Shown here piece after piece: positions 11,557-19,700 of a stretch of DNA of 56,849 bases. A program made the translations under genes and the position numbers. The notes under the pieces were generated by a model. It made no database searches. It was not told the origin of the DNA and worked only from the letters and a program-made list of their open reading frames with translations. The stretch is from an uncultured Chitinophagales bacterium (GTDB lineage Bacteria; Bacteroidota; Bacteroidia; Chitinophagales; BACL12). Every line of letters starts with the position of its first letter. Position 1 is the first letter of the stretch. The stretch covers positions 11,582 through 68,430 of the forward strand of contig CAZXBG010000003.1 in assembly GCA_964638865.1 (NCBI GenBank), written 5' to 3'.

Positions 11557-12551
11557 TTTTTTCCCAACAATCTTTTTAATAAAAACCAGGAATATTCATT
11601 CTTTATAATTTGTTCCGCACTAAATTTACCAACTTCCATAGGAATTCGTTCAATTATTTTCGAATCCAATGGATTTTTGAGTCCGGATGTACCTAAAAGC
11701 ATATCCATTTTTAATTTTGTTAAGATGTGCTCCACTGCTCCCTGATCTGCACCTTCTGCAGAAAAAGGGAATGCGAAATATTTCCTTTTAACCGAAAAAT
11801 TATCTTCAATAAAAATAAAACTTTTTTTAGTTTGTTCTATCTGACTTTCGGCAGAAATAGATTTATATAAGGGATGATCATAACTGTGACCTCCTATTTG
11901 AAATCCTTCGACTATCAATTGTTTTATTTCATCGGAGGTCATATAAGGCGACACCTTTTTTAAATATCTGACAAAACCTATTTGCGCTTCTCTTGAAATT
12001 TCATCAATTATATTTTGATCAGCATACGTAAGTGACAATAATTGTTTGGTCAAATTTTTAATGTCCGAATTGTCAATTTTCAAAACTTTACTTATTGCAA
12101 GTCGTTTATCAACATCACTTAAATAATTTATAATGATGGAGACTTTATATCTGTAAAACAGATCTTTATTATCAACAAATGCCGAATTTAAAAAAAATAT
12201 TGCCGGAATACCCTTTTGTTTTAAAATGGGCCGAACAACACTATACATTTCTCTCAAACCATCATCAAAACTTAATACAAAATAATTTTGTGCCGGATCA
12301 TAATTCTTTTCGTGAAAATCGTCAATGGATAAAGGTTTATAATATTTTAACAAAAAATCAAGATCTTGAATAAAGGAACTTTTGTTTTTGCAGGGATATA
12401 AATGTTTGATATGAATTACTTCTTCCTCGCAGATGTTATGATAAAAAGGGAAAATAATTTTAACACCTGATCTTTTTATCAGAGCAGGAATAGACCGCGA
12501 ACTATTTATGGAATTGAATAAATTAAAATATAGTTGTTTTGGTTTTTGCAT
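11553..12551 (-). CDS. Polysaccharide deacetylase (CE4/NodB-like)
   Basis: PFYH, LSFDDG, GGHSYDHP, FAFPF and RIP motifs; 4-nt overlap with the sulfotransferase. Confidence 0.88.
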   Translation of the reverse strand: MQKPKQLYFNLFNSINSSRSIPALIKRSGVKIIFPFYHNICEEEVIHIKHLYPCKNKSSFIQDLDFLLKYYKPLSIDDFHEKNYDPAQNYFVLSFDDGLREMYSVVRPILKQKGIPAIFFLNSAFVDNKDLFYRYKVSIIINYLSDVDKRLAISKVLKIDNSDIKNLTKQLLSLTYADQNIIDEISREAQIGFVRYLKKVSPYMTSDEIKQLIVEGFQIGGHSYDHPLYKSISAESQIEQTKKSFIFIEDNFSVKRKYFAFPFSAEGADQGAVEHILTKLKMDMLLGTSGLKNPLDSKIIERIPMEVGKFSAEQIIKNEYSWFLLKRLLGKK

Positions 12552-12626
12552 ATTTCTGCTTTCCCGATTGGAAAGGTAAAACTAATTCAAAAGCAGAAAT
12601 AATGCTTCTAATAATTTAAGTCCTAT

Positions 12627-13697
12627 TTAAAATTCAAGTTTTAATTGCCCGGGTCTTTTGAATTTTGTGAGGTCATATTTGAAAGGTATATTATTTCCCA
12701 TGTATTTTTCTTTCATCATATAGAACATCTGATGAATAACATTTGCAAGTTCTCCGTCGCCGCGCATTCTAACGCCCCATCTGCTATCGTTCAATTTGCC
12801 CTGATGCACTGCCTTGGTATTATTGATTACACGTTCTGCATGCATTGGAAAGGTTTTCCATATCCAGTCGGTAAAAATCTTATCAACTGCACCATTTAAT
12901 CGCAACATATTAAATCCAGCTGTTGATGCACCATTATCTGCAGCAGCCTTTAAAATGGCCGGAATTTCACTGTCCGTAAGGCCCGGAATTACCGGTCCAA
13001 TCATAACTCCCACCGGAATTCCGGCTGATGTTAGTTTTTCCATTGTTTTTAATCTTGCTTTATAACTTGCTGTGCGTGGTTCCATTTTTAACCGAATATC
13101 CTCCTTCAAACTTGTAATGGAAAGAAATATATGTGTAAGATTATCCTTTGCTAATTCCTGTAAAATATCTATATCCCGCAATACCAGCTGGTTTTTGGTG
13201 ATAATGCCCGCTGGATTCTTATACTTCAAACAAACTTCCAGCAATTTTCGGGTGATTTTCATTTTTCTTTCTATGGGTTGATAACAATCCGTATTCCCCG
13301 AAAAAGAAATAGGAGCAGCCTGCCATTTTGGATCAATAAATACTTTTTCCAATAGCTCAGGAGCATTATGTTTTATAATAATTCTGGTTTCAAAATCTAA
13401 ACCCGCACTAAAACCCCAGTAATTATGAGTATTTCGGGCATAACAATACACGCAACCATGCTCACAACCCTGATAAGGATTTACCGAATATACCATTGCG
13501 GCATCAGGACTTTCCACTTTATTGACTACTTTTTTGGCATTTTCCGTAAAAAACAATGTTTCCCGGTCGCCTAACATCTCCTCGTCGAGTCCCTCAATAT
13601 GCTCCTGGGTATAATTTTTATCGTGAAAAGGGTTAAAGGGATTGATCTGCGCTCCCCTTCCTTTTAAAAAATTTTCATTTAATTTTGGAAATTCCAT
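12627..13697 (-). CDS. PA0069/SplB-like radical SAM protein, DNA-repair associated
   Basis: GRGA N-terminal motif, NPYQGCEHGCVYCYAR CxxxCxxC, TDCYQP; likely start is ATG 13697 (ORF track starts at 13718). Confidence 0.9.
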   Translation of the reverse strand: MEFPKLNENFLKGRGAQINPFNPFHDKNYTQEHIEGLDEEMLGDRETLFFTENAKKVVNKVESPDAAMVYSVNPYQGCEHGCVYCYARNTHNYWGFSAGLDFETRIIIKHNAPELLEKVFIDPKWQAAPISFSGNTDCYQPIERKMKITRKLLEVCLKYKNPAGIITKNQLVLRDIDILQELAKDNLTHIFLSITSLKEDIRLKMEPRTASYKARLKTMEKLTSAGIPVGVMIGPVIPGLTDSEIPAILKAAADNGASTAGFNMLRLNGAVDKIFTDWIWKTFPMHAERVINNTKAVHQGKLNDSRWGVRMRGDGELANVIHQMFYMMKEKYMGNNIPFKYDLTKFKRPGQLKLEF

Positions 13698-13751
13698 AAT
13701 TGTCATTATTTTTGACAAATAAAGTCATATTATTTGACAATTACAAATTTA
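13684..13751. promoter_or_regulatory. Overlapping divergent promoters with two tandem palindromic operators (TGTCA-N7-TGACA 13701-13717; AGTCA-N7-TGACA 13723-13739)
   Basis: Plus-strand -33 TTTG 13684-13687 and -7 TATTTTTG 13707-13714 (19-nt spacing); minus-strand -7 TAAATTTG 13751-13744; the palindromes are 22 bp apart. Confidence 0.75.
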
Positions 13752-13761
13752 AAAATAGTTT

Positions 13762-14562
13762 ATGGCACTTATTTCATCCAACTTAAGGCATTTAAGAAAT
13801 GCCCGCAAACTGAGTCAACAAGAGCTTGCAGACATGATGGGCATTGGTAGAACAACAATTGCAAACATAGAAGCAAACCTTGCAAACCCCGGTCATAAGA
13901 CCTTATTGGAAATAGTCAAAATTTTTGACATATCCATTGACGACCTGCTAAATGTTGATCTTTCGCAATTGATAGTTCCGGTTGCATTGAAGGAAGAAAA
14001 AAACAGGGAAGGAATTATCTACCGGCCAATAGTTGTGACAGTTGATTCATCCGGCGATGAAAATATCGTGATGGTTGACACAAAAGCAGCAGCAGGATAC
14101 CCGACCCGATACCTGGAACCCGAATTTTACAAAGAACTTCCGGCGTTTAAACTTCCGGGTTCCGATTATCGCAACGGCACTTTCCGTTGTTTTCAGATAG
14201 AAGGCGACAGTATGCAGGAATCCATCCAAAGCGGAGATTATGTTATTGGTCGTTTTTGTGATAATCACTTTAAAGATGTTCGCGACGGGCATATACATGT
14301 AGTGGTAACAAATGATACCGTTTTAGTTAAACGCCTTGTGAACAAAGCGGAATCAGAACATAAAATGTACCTGATCAGTGATAATGAGGCTTACCCTGAA
14401 CAAGCTTTGGATATAGATGAAATAAAAGAAATTTGGTTTGTAAAGAGCAAACTTTCCTCCTATATGCCTGTAAAAAAGAACGATCTCGATAAGGTTATCG
14501 GCGATCTTACCATGCAGGTGCATTTGTTGAAAAGCAGGCTCGATCATATCGAAAGGAATTAA
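13762..14562 (+). CDS. XRE-HTH + S24 peptidase repressor (phage CI-like / non-canonical LexA)
   Basis: N-terminal HTH_3 (LSQQELADMMGIGRTTIANIE), cleavage site AAAGY, catalytic Ser (GDSM) and Lys (VKRL). Confidence 0.92.
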   Translation: MALISSNLRHLRNARKLSQQELADMMGIGRTTIANIEANLANPGHKTLLEIVKIFDISIDDLLNVDLSQLIVPVALKEEKNREGIIYRPIVVTVDSSGDENIVMVDTKAAAGYPTRYLEPEFYKELPAFKLPGSDYRNGTFRCFQIEGDSMQESIQSGDYVIGRFCDNHFKDVRDGHIHVVVTNDTVLVKRLVNKAESEHKMYLISDNEAYPEQALDIDEIKEIWFVKSKLSSYMPVKKNDLDKVIGDLTMQVHLLKSRLDHIERN

Positions 14563-14773
14563 CTCTGCTCTGCCTTCTTACACTTTATGTGTTGGTTCTC
14601 AAGATTGGAAAAATATTTGGTTATATGTTTTCATCATGAACTGGAGAAGGCAGGGTTGGTTAAACCCTTTATATACATTTAAGACACTGAAAAATATTAA
14701 ACTATTTGGACAATGTCCTAATTTCATTTTTCATCTATAATTGCTTTAAGTAATCTTTTTGCAATTTTGCAGC

Positions 14774-15598
14774 ATGTTCAGCACCTTTTCATCACCAGTT
14801 CAAATCACATCTGCTATTACAGTTGGAGAAAAAAAACCCTTATTAATAGCAGGACCCTGTGTTATTGAAAATCTTGAATTGTGTCTGCTTGTTGCTGAAA
14901 AAATGAAAACGGTAGCCGAAAAACTGGGATATAATTACATCTTCAAAGCTTCTTTCGATAAAGCAAACCGAACAGCGGGCAACTCCTTTCGAGGAGATGG
15001 TTTAGAACACGGACTTAAGGTTCTGCAAACGGTAAAGGAAAAAATAGATGTTCCAATTTTAACGGATATTCATCTCCCCGAACAAGCGGCTTTAGCGGCA
15101 GAAGTGGCGGATGTGCTCCAGATTCCTGCTTTTTTATGTCGCCAAACCGACCTTTTAATAGCAGCGGGAAGAACTGGAAAGACGATAAATGTTAAAAAAG
15201 GGCAATTTATGGCTCCGGAGGATATGCAATATGCGGTTGAAAAAATTGCTTCAGTATTAAATAATAAAGTACTGCTGACAGAACGCGGTTCCAGTTTCGG
15301 ATATCACAATTTAGTGGTAGATATGCGGTCACTGCCTATCATGCGTCAATTTGCTCCTGTAATATTTGATGTTACCCACAGTGTTCAAATGCCCGGGGCT
15401 GAGGCCGGAAAAAGCGGAGGAAAACGAGAATTTGCTCCATATTTAGCCAAAGCGGCAGCTGCAGTAGGTGTTGATGGCTTTTTTATTGAAACGCATCCTG
15501 ATCCTGAAAAAGCATTGAGTGATGGACCGAATATGATTCCACTGCATGAGATGGAAAAACTGCTCAAAACGCTACTGGATATCAGAAATATCTCCTGA
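14774..15598 (+). CDS. kdsA: 3-deoxy-D-manno-octulosonate 8-phosphate synthase (metal-dependent type)
   Basis: [37 protein letters not shown]; likely ATG 14774. Confidence 0.95.
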   Translation: MFSTFSSPVQITSAITVGEKKPLLIAGPCVIENLELCLLVAEKMKTVAEKLGYNYIFKASFDKANRTAGNSFRGDGLEHGLKVLQTVKEKIDVPILTDIHLPEQAALAAEVADVLQIPAFLCRQTDLLIAAGRTGKTINVKKGQFMAPEDMQYAVEKIASVLNNKVLLTERGSSFGYHNLVVDMRSLPIMRQFAPVIFDVTHSVQMPGAEAGKSGGKREFAPYLAKAAAAVGVDGFFIETHPDPEKALSDGPNMIPLHEMEKLLKTLLDIRNIS

Positions 15599-15630
15599 AA
15601 ACAACTTCGTTTTAAAAAAACTCCATAAAA

Positions 15631-15670
15631 TTTGCATAAAATAATTGAATGAGTAATTTTGTTACTCATT
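15631..15670 (+). promoter_or_regulatory. Promoter of the polysaccharide locus (-33 TTTG 15631-15634; -7 TAATTTTG 15654-15661) overlapped by palindrome AATGAGTAA-N5-TTACTCATT (15648-15670)
   Basis: Consensus 19-nt spacing; perfect 9-bp inverted repeat centred on the -7 box. Confidence 0.8.
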
Positions 15671-15677
15671 AGTTTTT

Positions 15678-16220
15678 GTGCTCGACTCACTAATCACATC
15701 CAAAACGCGTGTCAGGCTTTTGTTGCGGTTTTTTTCCAATACAAAATCCTCAGCCCATTTACGTGGATTGGCGAAGGAAATGAATGAATCCACCAATTCC
15801 ATCCGTATTGAACTCAACAAATTATCGAAGGCTGGATTTTTATTATCGCACGAGGAAGGAAAAACGATACAATATCAGGCGAATGAAAAACATCCGCTTT
15901 TTCCGGAAGTGAGCAGTTTGGTGCGCAAATATCTTGGTTTGGACAAGGTAGTAGAAAATATCGTAAATCAAATCGGAGAAATTAAATACGCATTTATTAT
16001 TGGCGATTATGCCGATGGAAAAGATACCGGAATTATTAATCTCGTGATCGCAGGAGAAGTGGATAACAATAAATTAATATATTGGGTGCAAAAAACAGAG
16101 GCGATCATTAACAGAAAAGTACAGACCGAAGTTTTAAGTCAGGAAGAATTTGCCGAATGGCAATTAAACGGCAATTTAACTAATGCAATTGTATTGTGGA
16201 CAGGCAATACAGTTGAATAA
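15678..16220 (+). CDS. ArsR-like winged-helix regulator fused to a degenerate minimal nucleotidyltransferase-fold domain
   Basis: LITSKTRVRLL...HLRGLAKEMNESTNSIRIELNKL wHTH; C-terminal FIIGDYADGKDTGIINL resembling the MNT motif. Confidence 0.8.
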   Translation: MLDSLITSKTRVRLLLRFFSNTKSSAHLRGLAKEMNESTNSIRIELNKLSKAGFLLSHEEGKTIQYQANEKHPLFPEVSSLVRKYLGLDKVVENIVNQIGEIKYAFIIGDYADGKDTGIINLVIAGEVDNNKLIYWVQKTEAIINRKVQTEVLSQEEFAEWQLNGNLTNAIVLWTGNTVE

Positions 16221-16237
16221 ATATAATTAAAAAACAT

Positions 16238-16280
16238 CCTCCCTTATCACGCTTCTGTGACTGAGGAGGCGAAGCTGTGA
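16238..16280 (+). promoter_or_regulatory. ops-like pause element: RNA hairpin followed by GGCGAAGCTGTG
   Basis: Hairpin 16238-16269, GCGAAGC 16269-16275, G-11 G-10 / T-1 G+1 pause consensus at 16278-16279. Confidence 0.6.
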
Positions 16281-16289
16281 AAAAATAAC

Positions 16290-17168
16290 ATGTTCCAACA
16301 CAACTATAAAAATCCAATTATTGTTGCAGAGATCGGTTGCAATCACATGGGCAATTTTGAGATCGCAAAAGAATTAATTAAACTGGCAAAAGACAGCGGT
16401 GCGGATTTTGCAAAATTTCAAAAAAGAAATCCGAAGGAATTATTGGGAGAAGAACAATTTAATGCCCCTCATCCGGAACCCTGGCAGAGTTATGGAGAAA
16501 GTTATGGCAAACACAGAGAATTTCTTGAATTTACAATAGAACAACACGCCGAATTGAAAAGGTTTTCAGAAGAAATTGGAATTCAATATGCAGTTTCTGT
16601 TTGGGATGTAACCAGCGCGCAACAAGTGATCGGATTAAATCCCCAATTTATTAAAGTTCCTTCAGCATGCAATAATAATTATGCATTATTGCAATTAATT
16701 CGCGATAATTATAAGGGAGATGTTCATATATCTGTGGGAATGACAACTACCTCAGAAGTGGAAAAAATAATCCGTTTTTTTGAAGAAAAAGATCAGGCCA
16801 AAAACAGAATTGTATTATACAGTTGCACAAGCGGATATCCTATCGCATTTAAAGAAATTTGTTTATTGGAAATTAATAAGATCTACGAAAACTTTGGTTC
16901 TAAAATAAAAGAAGTGGGTTTTAGCGGTCATCACCTCGGTATAGCTGCAGACATAGCTGCATATACACTTGGAGCAAACTGGATTGAAAGACATTTTACA
17001 AAAGACAGAACATGGAAAGGAACAGATCATGCAGCAAGTCTGGAAGTTCCGGGATTACAAAAATTAGGGCGTGACCTGCATCATATTTATGAAGCACTTC
17101 AGTATAAAGAAAAGGAAATTTTATCGGTGGAAGAAGTACAGAGAAAAAAATTAAAAAATATTCTATAA
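16290..17168 (+). CDS. NeuB-family nonulosonate synthase, short form without SAF domain (probable KDN/Neu5Ac 9-phosphate synthase)
   Basis: AEIGCNHMG, KFQKR, GFSGHH, IERHFT, GTDH. Confidence 0.9.
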   Translation: MFQHNYKNPIIVAEIGCNHMGNFEIAKELIKLAKDSGADFAKFQKRNPKELLGEEQFNAPHPEPWQSYGESYGKHREFLEFTIEQHAELKRFSEEIGIQYAVSVWDVTSAQQVIGLNPQFIKVPSACNNNYALLQLIRDNYKGDVHISVGMTTTSEVEKIIRFFEEKDQAKNRIVLYSCTSGYPIAFKEICLLEINKIYENFGSKIKEVGFSGHHLGIAADIAAYTLGANWIERHFTKDRTWKGTDHAASLEVPGLQKLGRDLHHIYEALQYKEKEILSVEEVQRKKLKNIL

Positions 17169-17169
17169 C

Positions 17170-17898
17170 ATGAAAATCCTTGCAATTATCCCTGCTCGTG
17201 GAGGAAGTAAAGGACTTCCCGGAAAAAATATTAAACCGCTTTTGCAACATCCATTGCTTTCCTATAGTATTTTGGCTGCACAACAAAGTAAATTGATTAA
17301 CAGAATAATTGTGAATACTGATAGTGAGGATATATCAAACATTGCAAAACAATATGGCGCGGAAGTTCCTTTTTTACGTCCAGCCGCATTAGCGCAAGAT
17401 AATTCCACAGATCTTGATGTTTTTGTTCATCAATTACAATGGTTGAAAGAAAATGAAAATTATATTCCTGATCTTATCGTTCAGCTTCGTCCTACTTCAC
17501 CTGTGCGTTTTGAAAATTGGATAGATGATGCTATTGAAAAATTAATTGCAAGTGATGCCGATTCCATTCGCGTAGTAACAGAATCACCACTTACTCCCTT
17601 TAAAATGTGGTTGATTAATAACAATAATGATGGAGCGCTGGAACCATTGGTAACATTAAAAAATATACCTGAACCGTACAACCAGCCCCGTCAGAGTTTA
17701 CCAGTTGTTTACTGGCAAATAGGCACTTTAGATGTGATTAAAACAAATACTATTTCGGAAGGTGGATCAATGAGTGGAAATAAAATTCTTTCCTATCCGG
17801 TGGATAAAAAATATGCAATAGACATTGATGATGTTGCAAGTTTCTATAAAGCGGAGGAATTGATCCAATATAATGATTGTATTAAATTTGATGAATAA
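17170..17898 (+). CDS. neuA: CMP-nonulosonate synthetase (NeuA family)
   Basis: IIPARGGSKGLPGKN, LRPTSP, IDID. Confidence 0.92.
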   Translation: MKILAIIPARGGSKGLPGKNIKPLLQHPLLSYSILAAQQSKLINRIIVNTDSEDISNIAKQYGAEVPFLRPAALAQDNSTDLDVFVHQLQWLKENENYIPDLIVQLRPTSPVRFENWIDDAIEKLIASDADSIRVVTESPLTPFKMWLINNNNDGALEPLVTLKNIPEPYNQPRQSLPVVYWQIGTLDVIKTNTISEGGSMSGNKILSYPVDKKYAIDIDDVASFYKAEELIQYNDCIKFDE

Positions 17899-18871
17899 AA
17901 ATACTCCCATTTTAATTTTCGGAGCAGGATCGATAGGCGAACGGCATATCCGCAATTTATGGACATTGGGATATTGTAATTTATTATTGTATCGTCAACG
18001 CAATTTACCTTTCCGCGATATAGGCGAAGCTGAGGTGCAGGTTTTTTTAGATCTTAATGAAACAAAATCTCTAAACCCGGAAGTTGCATTTATTTGCACG
18101 CCAACTGCTCAACACCTGGAACAAACAATATATTGTGTAGAAAACAAAATGCACGTGTTTGTAGAAAAACCACTTTCGCATACCTTAGAAAATATGGACC
18201 ATCTAAAATCAATTGTAGCTAATTCCAATAAACTGTTACAGGTTGGATTTATGATGCGATTTCATCCCCATATACTTAAAGTTAAAAATTATATTCAGGA
18301 AAATATTTTTGGGGAATTAATATCGTCAACATCTCATTGGGGAAGTTATTTACCCGACTGGCATCCCTGGGAAAATTATAAGGAATCTTATGCGGCTAAA
18401 AAAAATCTGGGTGGTGGAGTTGCCTTGACGCTATGCCACGATATTGATTTGGCGATTTGGCTCGCAATGCGACCAATTAAAAACTATGAAACTAACTTTT
18501 CTTATTCCGGTGAACTGGATATCGAGACAGCATCAATTGCGGATATCGAAATTAATTTTGTGGATGGTGTAAACTCAAGAATACATTTAAATTATCTTGC
18601 CAATCCTCCAATAAGAAAATATCATTGGGAATTTGAGCATGTTTTCATTGATTTTAATTATTTTGATAATTTATTGATCATCAGCTCAAAGAACGACCCT
18701 TTTGAAAACCAGGAGTATAAAATAGAAGCCTTTGATAGAAACCAATTGTTTTTAGCTGAGGTAACCGATTTTTTTTATAAGATTGAAAATATTTCCAACC
18801 CAGTTCAACATTCCTTAAATTCAATACGCGAATCTGAATTATTAATATCTATTTGTAATGGCGACAATTAA
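17891..18871 (+). CDS. Gfo/Idh/MocA oxidoreductase
   Basis: GAGSIGERH, VEKP, YLPDWHPWE, GGGVALTLCHDID; likely ATG 17891 overlapping the neuA end. Confidence 0.88.
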   Translation: MNKNTPILIFGAGSIGERHIRNLWTLGYCNLLLYRQRNLPFRDIGEAEVQVFLDLNETKSLNPEVAFICTPTAQHLEQTIYCVENKMHVFVEKPLSHTLENMDHLKSIVANSNKLLQVGFMMRFHPHILKVKNYIQENIFGELISSTSHWGSYLPDWHPWENYKESYAAKKNLGGGVALTLCHDIDLAIWLAMRPIKNYETNFSYSGELDIETASIADIEINFVDGVNSRIHLNYLANPPIRKYHWEFEHVFIDFNYFDNLLIISSKNDPFENQEYKIEAFDRNQLFLAEVTDFFYKIENISNPVQHSLNSIRESELLISICNGDN

Positions 18872-19700
18872 TTTTACTTGTATAGTCTGCGGCAATGACA
18901 AATATAGTATTCCTTATTCTGAAAAATTTAATGTGCTAGAGTGCACTAAATGTAAATTCGGCATAATTGACCCAATTCCGGTAAATGATGTACTTGTAAA
19001 CTTATACAATACTGAATCGTATTTTAATACCCACATGCAACAGGAATATGAAGCTTTAAACGAACAGGAATTAACAGAATCCGTAAATAAACAGGGTACT
19101 TTTCACTTCCAATATTTAGATAAAATACTTAAACAAAATTCCTCCGTATTAGAAATTGGTCCGGGATATGGTTTGCAATTAAAATATTTATCTAATGCAG
19201 GTTATAAGGTTAAAGGAGTAGAGACATCTGAAAATGCTGTTTCGTTTATTAAAAATAAATTGGGTTTGAAGGTTGAGCGATCAAGTTTGGAAGATTACGA
19301 GGACAAAACCAAATACGATATTTTGATGCTGAACCATGTATTGGAACATTATAGAGATTTACATATTGCGATGCTCAAAATAACATCATTAATCAAAATC
19401 GGAGGACATATATATTTAAGAGTTCCAAACCATGATAGTTACGATAGGCGTAAAATGAAAAAGGAGTGGCCTGCATATCTTCCATTTCATATTTCCTACT
19501 TTTCAAAGAAAAGTCTTAAAATTCTTTTAACAAAATACAATTTTGAGCTCATATGTATGGAAGAATACGTTTCGGATACATTTTTACAAAAAATACCGAA
19601 ATATTTTAAAAAATTTATTAAATATTTTATGTTCATTTTTGGAATATCGCCATATATAAATGGCAGAACTATTACTATAATAGCAAAATACAATGCATAA
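18858..19700 (+). CDS. Class I SAM methyltransferase with N-terminal zinc ribbon
   Basis: CxxC...CxxC, LEIGPGYG, HVLEH, VPN. Confidence 0.85.
   Translation: MATINFTCIVCGNDKYSIPYSEKFNVLECTKCKFGIIDPIPVNDVLVNLYNTESYFNTHMQQEYEALNEQELTESVNKQGTFHFQYLDKILKQNSSVLEIGPGYGLQLKYLSNAGYKVKGVETSENAVSFIKNKLGLKVERSSLEDYEDKTKYDILMLNHVLEHYRDLHIAMLKITSLIKIGGHIYLRVPNHDSYDRRKMKKEWPAYLPFHISYFSKKSLKILLTKYNFELICMEEYVSDTFLQKIPKYFKKFIKYFMFIFGISPYINGRTITIIAKYNA

Noticed and set aside
13762..14562. Prophage repressor marking a prophage
   Set aside because: No integrase, structural, replication or lysis genes nearby; the divergent partner is a repair-type gene
15678..16220. MNT-HEPN toxin-antitoxin system
   Set aside because: No HEPN partner is adjacent and the NTase motif is degenerate
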